Shown here piece after piece: positions 27,991 through 38,209 of a stretch of 64,000 nt of DNA. Made by a program: the position numbers and the translations under genes. The stretch is from an uncultured Alphaproteobacteria bacterium (GTDB lineage: Bacteria > Pseudomonadota > Alphaproteobacteria > RF32 > CAG-239). A model generated the notes under the pieces. That model saw only the letters and a list, made by a program, of their open reading frames with translations. It did no database searches and was not told the DNA's origin. Positions within the stretch are counted from its first letter, which is position 1, and every line of letters starts with the position of its first letter. The stretch is from positions 18,819-82,818 of the forward strand of contig CAKQRZ010000001.1 of NCBI GenBank assembly GCA_934271715.1, written 5' to 3'.

Positions 27991-28533
27991 CTAATAAAAA
28001 TAGTAGCGGGCGCCGATTGTAAATTCCTTGCTGTTGTTATAGGCGTCGCCGTCAGCCAAAGAATAGCGGTACATTGCGCGGAAACCCCATTCCGGAGTCG
28101 GGTTAATTTCTCCGCCGATACCCAGACGCAGGGCGTTTGCCGTATCTTTGTCGTTTTTGCCGTTGTATTTTAAGTTAGAAGTAATACGTCCGTAACCGAC
28201 AGAACCTAAAATCGTAGCGTCAGAAACATTGTACATATCAACCAAAACATCGGCGCCATAGCCATAAAAACGGCTGCGGGCTACGTTTGAACCTAAAACT
28301 TTCTTTTCTTGTGCAGAGCGTTCGGTAAAAAATTCTATTGAGCCATAATCAACAAATTTTACACCGGCGGTCAGGCTGCCCAAATCATAGTTATCAGCGT
28401 GAGTATTTTCATATCTGCCTTTTAAATTCGGTGTCATATTAACATAATCAAAGCCGACATACGGGCGGAATTCTCCGGCATTGGCGGAAACAGCGGCCAG
28501 CAGACCGGCGGCAATCAACAAATATTTTTTCAT
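27991..28533 (-). CDS. Outer-membrane beta-barrel protein (OmpW/Opa-like small porin family)
   Basis: Signal peptide MKKYLLIAAGLLAAVSANA. Alternating amphipathic strands and a C-terminal ...YYFY. Confidence 0.55.
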   Translation of the reverse strand: MKKYLLIAAGLLAAVSANAGEFRPYVGFDYVNMTPNLKGRYENTHADNYDLGSLTAGVKFVDYGSIEFFTERSAQEKKVLGSNVARSRFYGYGADVLVDMYNVSDATILGSVGYGRITSNLKYNGKNDKDTANALRLGIGGEINPTPEWGFRAMYRYSLADGDAYNNSKEFTIGARYYFY

Positions 28534-28616
28534 TTTGCATTCTCCTTTTAATCTATTATCGCTTTTATACGACACAATTTATGACTGAAAGGTTAATACA
28601 TACTTTTTTTGTTATT

Positions 28617-31325
28617 TTAGTGTGCGGAAGCCCAAGTGTCGCCGATACCGGTTTCCACCACCATTTTTACGGCGGTATTGGCGACATCTTCCATAATTTT
28701 CTGCAGCAAAGCCGCGGTTTGTCCGGCGTGTTCGGCCTTGACTTCAAGCACCAGTTCATCATGTACTTGCAGCAATAGACGCCCATCCAGCTGATGTTCC
28801 TGCATGGCTTGATAAACCTTTTGCATCGCCAGTTTTACGATGTCCGCCGCACCGCCCTGTATCGGCGCGTTAATCGCTGCCCGCTCGGCAAACGAAACAA
28901 TGCGGTGATTTTTGTCGTTGATTCCCAGCACGGCGCATTTACGCCCCAGCGGCGTCAGCACATAGCCGTGGCTGCGGGCAAAAGCTATGGTCTTTTCCAT
29001 ATAGGTTTTGACTTCCGGCATCGCGGCAAAATACGAATCTATATATTGCTTGGCAATTTCTTTAGTGGTGCCGATTTGCTTGGCTAAGCCAAACTGAGAG
29101 ATTCCGTAAACAATTCCGAAATTTATGGCCTTGGCGCGGTTGCGGTGTTCTCGGTCAACTTCTTCCGGCTTCAGCCCAAACACCCGGGCAGCTGTAGCGG
29201 CGTGAATATCCACACCGGCGGCAAAGGCTTCTTTGAGGGCTTTAACATCGGCAACCGACGCCAGCAGACGCAGCTCCATCTGGCTATAGTCCGCCGCCAC
29301 AATTTTATAGCCCTTGCGCGCCACAAAGCAGGCGCGGATTTTACGCCCGATTTCCGAGCGGTTCGGAATATTCTGCAAATTCGGATTAGATGACGCCAAA
29401 CGCCCCGTATTCACTACCGTTTGCGAAAAAGTGGTATGCACGCGGTTGTTTTGGTCTTTTACTTCCAGCAGGGCGGTGGTGTAGGTAGATTTGAGCTTGG
29501 CATAGCTGCGCCATTCCAAAATATTGGCGGCGATTTCGTGTTCTTCCGCCAGCTGTTCCAAAACTTCGGCGCTGGTGTTATAGTTGCCTGTTCCCGCCGT
29601 TTTTTTCGCCCCGCTGAAACCCAGCTTGTCAAAAAGAACTTCGCCGATTTGCTTGGGCGAACTTAGGTTGAAAGTTGTGCCGGCCAGCGCAAAAATCTCG
29701 TTTTCACATTGGCTCATCTGGCGGGCAAACTCATCGTTTAGTTCTGCCATGCAGTTTTCGTCAATAACAATCCCTTCATCTTCCATTTTCAGCAGCACCT
29801 GAATCAGGCGGCGGTCAAGCATTTCATAAACATACATTTTGCGCTCGTGAAACAGGCTGTCTTTCAAAATGTGATAAAGCCGCAAAGCATAGTCTGCGCT
29901 TTCATAAACATAATTGCCGTATTCTTCATTAAAAAAGTCTATTTTTTTGATTTTCTGCGTCAGTTTCGGCAGGGCGATTTTTTTATCCAGCAGCATATCG
30001 CTCAAAACCTGCAATGTATGTTCGTGCAGCGAGCTGTCCACATCATACGACATAACAGCGGCATCGTGATACGGCCACAAATCCAGCTGTTTGCCGCAAA
30101 TTTTATCTAAATAATGCCATTGTGTTTTTAAGTCTAGGGCAATTTTAAGGATATTTTTGTTTTCCATAACTGAAAGCAAAAATTTTTTAACCGTTTCATT
30201 ATCCAGCTGCGAATATTCGTGATGGGCAAACAAATCAGCTTCGCCCGCTACTTGCGGAATCGGTAGATAGCAGGTGCTGTTTTCGGCGGTGCAGATGCTC
30301 AGGGCTTCCGGTTCAACACCGTTATGCAGAACCTGAAAACTGAATTGCTGCGCGGTGCAGATTTCCTGATACAACGCCTTTAAATCATCGCGGTTTTGAA
30401 TTTTAAAGTAGCGCGCCGGTTCTTCTTTTTTAGCCGCTGCCGGAGCGCCGCCCAAGGCGCAGCAGCGCTCTTCAATCCATTTCTGCAGCTTAGGCAGAAT
30501 GCTCTTAAAGCCAAGCTCGTTGACAAAGTTAATTAAGGTTGCGGCATCCGGCGCCTGACACTTAAAATCTTCAAGCGGATGTTCAACCGGAACGTCATCT
30601 TTAAGCGTTACTAATTTCAGCGAAAGCTCGGCCGATTCCTTATTTTGCATTACCAGTTCGCGGCGTTTGGTCTGTTTGATGTTTTCGGCATTATCCAGCA
30701 CGCCCTGCAGCGAGCCGTACAAATTAACCAGCTCCGCCGCCGTTTTGGGACCAATTCCCGGAATCCCCGGAATATTATCTATTTTATCGCCGGAAAGCGC
30801 CTGCACGTCAATAACCTTATCCGGATAAACGCCGAATTTTTCATGCACGTCATCCGGCGTAAAAAAGCGGTCTTTCATACCGTCATAAAATTCCACATGC
30901 GGGCGAATAAGCTGCATAAGGTCTTTATCCGCCGACACCACAACAGCGTCATGGCCGGCTTCTACCGCCTGTTTGGCATAGGTGGCAATCAGGTCGTCCG
31001 CTTCATAGCCCTCTTGCAGAATGCACGGCAGATTCAGCTTTTCTACAGTTTTATAAATCAGTTCAAACTGCGGAATTAAAAGTTCCGGAATCTCGGCGCG
31101 CGTTGCTTTGTAATCGGCAAAAAAATTGTTGCGGAAGTTTTTGCGCTTGGCGTCAAACAGCACTACGCAGTAATCGCAGGGAATAGCCTTTATCAGCCGC
31201 ATGAACATTGTCAAAAAGCCGTATACAGCGTTGACCGGCGTGCCGTCCGGCGCCGTCATGGTCGGCAAGGCGTAAAATGCTCTGAAAATATATCCTGAAC
31301 CGTCAATCAAACAAACTTTTGCCAT
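28617..31325 (-). CDS. polA: DNA polymerase I
   Basis: 5'-3' exonuclease N-terminus (MAKVCLIDGSGYIFRAFYALP), a 3'-5' exonuclease-like middle region, and the polymerase motifs DYSQIELR and QVHDELVLE. Confidence 0.9.
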   Translation of the reverse strand: MAKVCLIDGSGYIFRAFYALPTMTAPDGTPVNAVYGFLTMFMRLIKAIPCDYCVVLFDAKRKNFRNNFFADYKATRAEIPELLIPQFELIYKTVEKLNLPCILQEGYEADDLIATYAKQAVEAGHDAVVVSADKDLMQLIRPHVEFYDGMKDRFFTPDDVHEKFGVYPDKVIDVQALSGDKIDNIPGIPGIGPKTAAELVNLYGSLQGVLDNAENIKQTKRRELVMQNKESAELSLKLVTLKDDVPVEHPLEDFKCQAPDAATLINFVNELGFKSILPKLQKWIEERCCALGGAPAAAKKEEPARYFKIQNRDDLKALYQEICTAQQFSFQVLHNGVEPEALSICTAENSTCYLPIPQVAGEADLFAHHEYSQLDNETVKKFLLSVMENKNILKIALDLKTQWHYLDKICGKQLDLWPYHDAAVMSYDVDSSLHEHTLQVLSDMLLDKKIALPKLTQKIKKIDFFNEEYGNYVYESADYALRLYHILKDSLFHERKMYVYEMLDRRLIQVLLKMEDEGIVIDENCMAELNDEFARQMSQCENEIFALAGTTFNLSSPKQIGEVLFDKLGFSGAKKTAGTGNYNTSAEVLEQLAEEHEIAANILEWRSYAKLKSTYTTALLEVKDQNNRVHTTFSQTVVNTGRLASSNPNLQNIPNRSEIGRKIRACFVARKGYKIVAADYSQMELRLLASVADVKALKEAFAAGVDIHAATAARVFGLKPEEVDREHRNRAKAINFGIVYGISQFGLAKQIGTTKEIAKQYIDSYFAAMPEVKTYMEKTIAFARSHGYVLTPLGRKCAVLGINDKNHRIVSFAERAAINAPIQGGAADIVKLAMQKVYQAMQEHQLDGRLLLQVHDELVLEVKAEHAGQTAALLQKIMEDVANTAVKMVVETGIGDTWASAH

Positions 31326-31479
31326 TTTTATTTTCTCCTTGTCCGTCAATATAGCGGCTTTTTAAGCATTCGCCAAGCATTAAAAATTTTTCTTTGCGCT
31401 TTTGTTTATAAAAACTTCTTTAACTTATTTTATATATAGTGCAGGCTAAGAGATTTTGGACTGAAAATGAGAGAATAAA

Positions 31480-33549
31480 ATGCCGCAAAACGTAAAACAA
31501 AAAATCCGCCGCAAACTCAAAAAAGGTTTGGTAATTTTAGAAGATACCGTGCGCAAAACCAAAGCGAAAAGCGCTGCCAAAAAGAAATCGGCGCCTAAGA
31601 AAAAACGCTCGTCAAAAAAGAAAAAAGGCGGTTCTTCGCTATGGAAAGTTTTGTTTATTCTCGGCTTGTGGCTGGGACTGTTTTTGTTTATTGCTGTCGG
31701 CTCTTATGTGGCGTATTGCTACTTTACCATGCCGGATATTGCCAAGGCCGTGGCGCAGACACGCCAGCCGTCAACCACGATTATGGCAGAAAACGGCAGT
31801 GATATCGCTTCATTCGGCAATGTCTATGCTGAAGTGATATATCCGGATAATCTGCCGAAAAATTTGACCAACGCCATTATTGCCACCGAAGACCGCCGCT
31901 TTTACAAACACTTCGGCTTTGATGTCTGGGGCTTTGGGCGCGCCATGGTTACCAATCTGTTCCGCGGCCGCTATGCTCAAGGCGCCTCCACTATTACGCA
32001 GCAGGTGGCGAAAAACATCTTTTTAACGCCGAACAAAAATATTAAACGTAAAGTTCAGGAGCTGCTGCTGGCATTTTGGCTGGAAAATAAGCTGACGAAA
32101 AATCAGATTATGGCGCTGTATTTGAACCGTGTATACTTTGGCTCCGGCACCTATGGCGCGGAAGCGGCCGCCAACTGGTATTTCAATAAAAGCGCCGGCG
32201 ATTTAAACCTGCGCGAGGCGGCGATTTTGGCGGGCATGCTTAAAGCCCCGAACAGCTACAACCCGATTTTAAACCGTGAAAAATCGCTGGAACGCGCCAA
32301 TGTGGTTCTGCACAATATGCTGGAATGCGATTATATAAATCAAAAGCAATACGCTTCCGCCAAAACTTTGCCTGTCAGCAACGGCCAGCAATACCGCGTC
32401 AGCGGCGGCAAGCACTTTGCTCAATATGTTTATGACGAAGTCAACAGCTATATCGGCGAACGTTCGGTTGATATAAATGTTATGACAACTCTGGACCAAA
32501 AACTGCAGGAAAGCGCCGAAAAAATCCTGCGTTCGCATATTTGGGGCGCTAAAGGCAAAAACGTCAGCGAGGGCGCGGTTGTGGTTATAGACTACAGCGG
32601 TGCTATTAAAGCCATGGTCGGCGGCATGGATTATAACCGCAGCCAATTTAACCGCGCGGTGCAGGCTATCCGCCAATCAGGCTCGGCGTTCAAGCCTTTT
32701 GTTTATCTCACGGCTTTGCAATACGGCTTTGCGCTGGATAGTATGGTTAATGACGCACCGCTCAAAATCGGCAAATGGCAGCCGTCAAATTACAGCAAGC
32801 GCTATTACGGCAATGTTACTTTGGATTTTGCCCTCACCCATTCACTAAACGTGGCGACAGCGGCGCTTTCTAAGGAACTGTATCTAAAGGATATTGCCGC
32901 CAACGCCCGCAAAATGGGTATCAGCACCAAGCTAAACTTGACTCCGTCCATGGTTTTGGGAACAAACGGCGTTAAAGTATTAGATATGGCGGCAGCATAC
33001 GCCGTGCTGGCTAACGGAGGCTATGCGGTTTGGCCGCATGCAATTAACGAGATTTCCAGCAAAGACGGCCATCAGCTTTATGTGCGCCAGCCTGACAAGC
33101 AAAAGCAGATTATCGCCGGCAATATTGTTAAGCAAATGGCGCAGATGCTAAGTCACGTTATTACCCGCGGTACCGGTAAAAAAGCGCAGCTTCCGTATTT
33201 TGCCGCCGGAAAAACCGGAACCACGCAAAACTACCGCGACGCTTGGTTTGTGGGCTGGGCCGGCGGCTATGTGGCGGCGGTTTGGGTCGGCAACGACAAC
33301 GAAAAGCCGATGAATAAAGTCGGCGGCGGCACTATTCCGGCGGAAATTTGGCACGATGTAATGCTGGCGGCGCACAATATCAGACCGCTTTCCGATGAAA
33401 CTGACGACATCGGCGCGCTGATTGATGACAATGCTTCAGCTGACAGTATCGGCGACTTGATAGAGGAAGAAGATTTAGCCGACGAACCGAAGGTAAAAAC
33501 TAAGTCATCTCCCTCTACTTTAGAGGGCTTGCTGGACAGCATTTTTTAG
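31480..33549 (+). CDS. Penicillin-binding protein 1A family (bifunctional transglycosylase/transpeptidase)
   Basis: N-terminal TM segment. GT51 motifs EDRRFYKH and GASTITQQ. Transpeptidase motifs SGSAFKP and KTGTT. Confidence 0.85.
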   Translation: MPQNVKQKIRRKLKKGLVILEDTVRKTKAKSAAKKKSAPKKKRSSKKKKGGSSLWKVLFILGLWLGLFLFIAVGSYVAYCYFTMPDIAKAVAQTRQPSTTIMAENGSDIASFGNVYAEVIYPDNLPKNLTNAIIATEDRRFYKHFGFDVWGFGRAMVTNLFRGRYAQGASTITQQVAKNIFLTPNKNIKRKVQELLLAFWLENKLTKNQIMALYLNRVYFGSGTYGAEAAANWYFNKSAGDLNLREAAILAGMLKAPNSYNPILNREKSLERANVVLHNMLECDYINQKQYASAKTLPVSNGQQYRVSGGKHFAQYVYDEVNSYIGERSVDINVMTTLDQKLQESAEKILRSHIWGAKGKNVSEGAVVVIDYSGAIKAMVGGMDYNRSQFNRAVQAIRQSGSAFKPFVYLTALQYGFALDSMVNDAPLKIGKWQPSNYSKRYYGNVTLDFALTHSLNVATAALSKELYLKDIAANARKMGISTKLNLTPSMVLGTNGVKVLDMAAAYAVLANGGYAVWPHAINEISSKDGHQLYVRQPDKQKQIIAGNIVKQMAQMLSHVITRGTGKKAQLPYFAAGKTGTTQNYRDAWFVGWAGGYVAAVWVGNDNEKPMNKVGGGTIPAEIWHDVMLAAHNIRPLSDETDDIGALIDDNASADSIGDLIEEEDLADEPKVKTKSSPSTLEGLLDSIF

Positions 33550-33612
33550 TTTGCTATTGTGCAAAATTTTTTATAATATTGCTAAAAGTATTATTTATGA
33601 AGAGAAATAAAA

Positions 33613-34200
33613 ATGAAAAAATATATTTTGGCTATTGCCCTGTTTATATCAGCCTGCTTACCGGCTTATGCCGACAGCACTGCTAAAATGGGCGAAGACT
33701 GGCAGAAAATTTCAATTTACGATGTGAAAAATCCGGCTGTTTTGTTTGGCGAAGATTGGGCAGCCTTGGCTTCCGGTAATAAAGACAGCCTGAACGCTAT
33801 GACTATCGGCTGGGGACAATTCGGTATGCTGTGGGGGCGTCCTATTGTTACGGTTTATGTGGCACCGGAAAGATATACCAATGAATTTATGCAGAAAAAT
33901 GAATATTTTACGGTTATCGGTTTTCCTAAAGCTAAAAAAGAAGCTTTAACCTATATCGGTTCCCATTCCGGACGCGACGGCGATAAACTGAAAGCGGCTG
34001 GCTTGACTCCTGAATTTACAGATTTAGGCAACCCGATTTTCAAAGAGGGAAATCTAGCCATTGAATGCAAAATAATTTATAAAGAAAGTTTTAAGCCGGA
34101 ACTTATGGATGAAAAAGCCAAAGCTTTTTATGAAAGAACCAAACTTTCTCCGCATGTTGCTTATATCGGCGAAGTCATCAACGTTTGGCAAAAGAAGTAA
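33613..34200 (+). CDS. Flavin reductase-like (FMN-binding split-barrel) lipoprotein
   Basis: Signal/lipobox ALFISAC. Motif NAMTIGWGQFGMLWGRPIV. Confidence 0.5.
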   Translation: MKKYILAIALFISACLPAYADSTAKMGEDWQKISIYDVKNPAVLFGEDWAALASGNKDSLNAMTIGWGQFGMLWGRPIVTVYVAPERYTNEFMQKNEYFTVIGFPKAKKEALTYIGSHSGRDGDKLKAAGLTPEFTDLGNPIFKEGNLAIECKIIYKESFKPELMDEKAKAFYERTKLSPHVAYIGEVINVWQKK

Positions 34201-34263
34201 TGGAGAGCAGCTAAACACCCCGTGTCAACCGAAAATGACTTGCGTTTTAGAATATGTATCCGG

Positions 34264-34524
34264 TTACAAAGTATGTGTGTGCGTGCCGGTTGCAGCTAGC
34301 AAAACTATTTTATTATCCTTAATTTGATAAATTAAAATCCAGTCCGGTTCAATATGCAAATCGCGGTAGCCTTGCCAATTATGTTTCAGCGGGTGGTCTT
34401 TATATTGCGGAGGTATTGCTTCTTCAGTTTCTAACATTTTTAATATGGTGTGCAATTTACCCATATTTTTACCTTGTTTTTTACATAATTTATAATCTCG
34501 TAAAAAAACGATTGGAATATTCAA
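34264..34524 (-). CDS. yafQ: Type II toxin YafQ (RelE/ParE superfamily)
   Basis: HPLKHNWQGYRDLHIEPDWILIYQIKDNKIVLLAATGTHTHTL closely matches the YafQ consensus. Confidence 0.75.
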   Translation of the reverse strand: MNIPIVFLRDYKLCKKQGKNMGKLHTILKMLETEEAIPPQYKDHPLKHNWQGYRDLHIEPDWILIYQIKDNKIVLLAATGTHTHTL

Positions 34525-34534
34525 ATGTCCGCAC

Positions 34535-34834
34535 TTAATTATCCTTTTCTAAGTCAGCTATTAACTCTTCTGCACTATTGAACGGACCGTGAATGCGTCC
34601 GGCTTTTATGTCATCTTCAGAATCAGCAACTGCTTGGGCAATAAATTCATCTTCTGCCGGAAGTTTAGGCTGAAAAGGCAAAGCGCGGCTGTGAATAATT
34701 TGATTTACCATCATTCTTACGGCGTCATTAAGTGTTATGCCAAGCTGCTTTAAAATTTCTTCAGCCTGTTTTTTGCTTTTTGCGTCTACGCGCGCTTGAA
34801 TCATTGCATTCATATCTTTTGTTCCTCTGCTCAT
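34535..34834 (-). CDS. dinJ: Antitoxin DinJ (RelB family)
   Basis: NAMIQARVDAKSKKQAEEILKQLGITLNDAVRMMVNQIIHSRALPF. It lies immediately upstream of yafQ. Confidence 0.7.
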   Translation of the reverse strand: MSRGTKDMNAMIQARVDAKSKKQAEEILKQLGITLNDAVRMMVNQIIHSRALPFQPKLPAEDEFIAQAVADSEDDIKAGRIHGPFNSAEELIADLEKDN

Positions 34835-34974
34835 TTTACTGCCTCTATATTATTATAAAATTATTTATAAGTCAATAATAATATAATAATATAAGACGAG
34901 ATAACAACTTTAAATAAAACAAAAAATACCGGCTGATATTTTTAACAGCCGGTATTTTTTAGAGGTTCTGCGTA

Positions 34975-36213
34975 CTAGAATTTGTACTGATACTGCAGGG
35001 CGTACATGTTGCTGTAGCTTTTGTATTTTGCGTTAGCGTCATGTTCCGGAGAATTCCAAACTTTGCCGTGCATCATAAACAGATGAGCATAGCCTAAGTC
35101 AAACTGATGATTTCCGGTTGCATAGCTTACGCCGAAAGATGTCCACAAACGGTCGGTATCAGGAATACGGTTTGTACGGTAGGTGTTGTTTGGAACCGGA
35201 GATTGATCCCAAGCGATACCGGCGCGCAAAGTCCAGTTGTCATTCAGGTAATAGTCTTGTCCTAAAGCAAAATTCCAAGCGTCTTTCCAGCGATAGTCAA
35301 CATCAAGATTGCCGTTTTTAATCGGAGCAGTCGTGCTGGCCGGAAATACATAAAAACGATGCCATTGCGTATATTTAACGGTTGCGGTTGTACCCCATTT
35401 TTCACCAAACTTGTGATAACCGGATAAAATCCAGCTTGCCGGAAGTTCCGGGTCAGAAACAGAATCATAACGGCCGAATATATTTCCTAACGGGGTGTAA
35501 TAAGTCACATCGTGGTCGCCTGTGGTGCGCTGAGTGCTCTTAAAACGATAGGATAAACCGATTCTGGTGTTTTCGTTAAATTCGTACATTGCACCCAAAT
35601 TCATTGTTCCCGCCCAGCCGGAAACCTTAAAATCACTGTAACCGATGCGGCTGCCGGTAAGAGGATTATTTAAATTTGAAGTAAGTTTACCTTTAATATA
35701 GCGTAAAATTCCGCTTATGCCTAAAGATAAATGATTGTCCAATTTATAAGCGGCGGAAAGATTGGTGTCAATCACTTCCAGTTCCGAACGGCGGACACCG
35801 GTTGCTCCGTTGGCCACAAAGCCGTCATGATTGTAACGGGTAGCCAAACCAAACGGCACATAGACGCCTGCGCCTAAAAACAGTTTGTCGTTGACATTAT
35901 ATTGCCCAAACATACTCGGCAGCGGAATCATAAAATCCATATCTGTTTTTTTACCGGCCGTATTGCCAACACCGCGGATTTTAGAAGCAACCTCGGTCAT
36001 TGTCAAACCGGCTTGCATACCTGAGCGTTTCATTAAAGTCATACCGGCAGGATTGTACCCCAAAGCCGAATAATCATCTCCGGCGACACCGATTCCGGCG
36101 AAAGAACGCCCCAAATTGGTTACGGAAAATTCATTTAATTGATAGCCTGCGGCATTAGCGTTACCAGCGCTTGCCAATAATGCCACAGCAGCAGCTACGG
36201 ATATTTTTTTCAT
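34975..36213 (-). CDS. fadL: Outer-membrane long-chain fatty acid / hydrophobic compound transporter (FadL/OmpP1 family)
   Basis: Signal peptide. N-terminal AAGYQLNEFSVTNLGRSFAG. C-terminal aromatic ...YQYKF. Confidence 0.7.
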   Translation of the reverse strand: MKKISVAAAVALLASAGNANAAGYQLNEFSVTNLGRSFAGIGVAGDDYSALGYNPAGMTLMKRSGMQAGLTMTEVASKIRGVGNTAGKKTDMDFMIPLPSMFGQYNVNDKLFLGAGVYVPFGLATRYNHDGFVANGATGVRRSELEVIDTNLSAAYKLDNHLSLGISGILRYIKGKLTSNLNNPLTGSRIGYSDFKVSGWAGTMNLGAMYEFNENTRIGLSYRFKSTQRTTGDHDVTYYTPLGNIFGRYDSVSDPELPASWILSGYHKFGEKWGTTATVKYTQWHRFYVFPASTTAPIKNGNLDVDYRWKDAWNFALGQDYYLNDNWTLRAGIAWDQSPVPNNTYRTNRIPDTDRLWTSFGVSYATGNHQFDLGYAHLFMMHGKVWNSPEHDANAKYKSYSNMYALQYQYKF

Positions 36214-36468
36214 AACAGTTCCTTTATAAAATTTGATTACTGCCTATACGTTTACCATATTATGACAGTATCGTAAACCCTTGCAACCCGACAATTTATA
36301 GTTTCTCTCAAGATACTAATATATATTTTGGGGGATATAGCTAAAAAATATCTTGATTTAACTGTGGATAACTGAAATATTTATCCTGAAGCTATAGGTT
36401 TAACAAAAATTTAAGATAAAACATACTATGTCTTAAAGTATTAACAATTTAGTGATTGAGGAAAGAAA

Positions 36469-37422
36469 ATGGCAACAGTAAATGATACAGAATTTTCGGA
36501 TATTTATATTATTCCGGATGGCACGGCCTACATTTGGGGGCGTCAGACACCAAGCGGATTGATTCAGGTTCAACCGGATGATTATGATGAATTTTTGCAA
36601 CAAGTTATGAATACATATGACGGTCATAATCCAAGTTATCAAGTAAAATTTAAAGGTTTGAACTACCGTGTTGAAAGAACCGTAACGCTGGAAGGACAGC
36701 AATACTGCGCCCGTAAAATGCCTCACTCTGTGCCGGATATTAACAAACTTGGTATAGAAGAACATTTGCTCAAATACTTAAAATCACTAAGCGGCGCTCC
36801 CGGACTTATTTTGCTTGCCGGTACAACCGGTTCCGGTAAAACCACCACTCTATCAGCTTTGCTGCGTGAATTTTTGATTCGCGACGGCGGCTATGCTTTT
36901 ACGCTGGAAGACCCGGTGGAAATGCCGCTGGACGGCACTTATCATACGGTAAACGGCGAGCTTGGCATTTGCAAACAGATGACGCCTCCGGGAGGTTCTT
37001 GGGAAGCCGGTCTGAAATCAATGCTGCGTTCTAAGCCGCGTTATGTATATCTGGGTGAGATTCGTGACCCTGAAATTGCCTCTGAAGCTTTGCGTGCAGC
37101 TATTTCAGGCCACCTTGTTATGTCCACAATTCACGCCAGCACCGTTACTGATGCTATTCAGTCTATTGTAAAATACGCCGCGGCAACCGGTATTTCCGAA
37201 GAAATGGCCTATGACTTGGTGGGCAACGGTATTTTGGCGGTGCTGCACCAAAGCTTGGTCGGCGTTCCTAAGCGCGCTAAAATTGAATATGTGTTTGCTA
37301 ATCCGGACGGCTCTAAAGGCGACCAAGTGCGCGGTATTATCAAAAGCGGCAAGATGAACTTGTCTACCACGATTGAAACTCAGCGCATTCGTTTGTCACG
37401 CGGCGTGCCGTTGTTTGAATAA
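36469..37422 (+). CDS. PilT/PilU-family secretion ATPase (type IV pilus retraction ATPase-like), short form
   Basis: Walker A GTTGSGKTTT, Asp box TLEDPVE, Walker B YVYLGEIRD and His box HLVMSTIHA. At 317 aa it is shorter than canonical PilT. Confidence 0.65.
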   Translation: MATVNDTEFSDIYIIPDGTAYIWGRQTPSGLIQVQPDDYDEFLQQVMNTYDGHNPSYQVKFKGLNYRVERTVTLEGQQYCARKMPHSVPDINKLGIEEHLLKYLKSLSGAPGLILLAGTTGSGKTTTLSALLREFLIRDGGYAFTLEDPVEMPLDGTYHTVNGELGICKQMTPPGGSWEAGLKSMLRSKPRYVYLGEIRDPEIASEALRAAISGHLVMSTIHASTVTDAIQSIVKYAAATGISEEMAYDLVGNGILAVLHQSLVGVPKRAKIEYVFANPDGSKGDQVRGIIKSGKMNLSTTIETQRIRLSRGVPLFE

Positions 37423-37550
37423 GCAATCCGCAGGAATTATGCAAAAAGCTGCTCTTTTCAGGGCAGTTTTTTTATAATATTTACTTTTTTTCAATATATT
37501 TTCGGTATCTTAGCAAAAAATGTTGGTTTTATTGTTAGAGGATTAAAAAA

Positions 37551-38144
37551 ATGACAGAGCAAACACCGCAAACCGATGAATTGAATCCGGAAAGCCTGCT
37601 GGAAAAAGCAAAAACCGTTGGGGCTTTAGTTAAAGAAAAAAAATATTTCAGAGCCGTTAAAGAAATTTTTGTTCTTTTGATTGCCGTTTATAAAAAATAT
37701 ATTAAAGGCAAATATGTTTCCGTAAAAGGCAAAAAAGTTCCTTTGATTGCCGTTATTTTGGTGGTATTGGCCGGCGGCTGGGCTGCAATTCCGTCGGATA
37801 ACACAGCAGCGGTAGAAGATAAAGCTCCGGTTGCCGAAGAAGCTAAAAAAGCCGAAGATGTTAAGGAAAAAGAAGATGTTAACACTTATGATAAAGACGG
37901 TGTCAAAGTTTATGGCTTAGTAAAATGCGAAAACGCAATTTGCGGCTATTTGGAAAACGACAGCGAAAATGATATTTCGCGCATTTTGATTTCGGTAACC
38001 TTTAATGATAAGTCCGGCGCGGTTATTTATGAGGGCGGTGCAGAGGCTACGGCCATGGTTGCCAAAAGCCGCAGCCGTTTTCAAATTCCGGCAGACGGCG
38101 AATTTGACAGTTTTCATTTAACCGATGTCACAGTAGAAAGATAG
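37551..38144 (+). CDS. Hypothetical membrane protein
   Basis: TM segment VPLIAVILVVLAGGWAAIP. An RBS is present. Confidence 0.4.
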   Translation: MTEQTPQTDELNPESLLEKAKTVGALVKEKKYFRAVKEIFVLLIAVYKKYIKGKYVSVKGKKVPLIAVILVVLAGGWAAIPSDNTAAVEDKAPVAEEAKKAEDVKEKEDVNTYDKDGVKVYGLVKCENAICGYLENDSENDISRILISVTFNDKSGAVIYEGGAEATAMVAKSRSRFQIPADGEFDSFHLTDVTVER

Positions 38145-38166
38145 TTTTATCTGCTTATTAAAAAAA

Positions 38167-38197
38167 ATCCCTGAAGCTGTTGTTTCAGGGATTTTTT
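38167..38197. terminator. Bidirectional rho-independent terminator
   Basis: atccctgaagctgttgtttcagggat followed by ttttt. Confidence 0.65.
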
Positions 38198-38209
38198 AGT
38201 TTATAAAGC

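Noticed and set aside
34230-34270. Short (TG)4-like run gtatgtgtgtgcgtgc near the yafQ 3' end, considered as another simple-sequence-repeat switch.
   Set aside because: It is only 4 imperfect units and encodes the C-terminal HTHTL of YafQ. It is too short and irregular for slippage.
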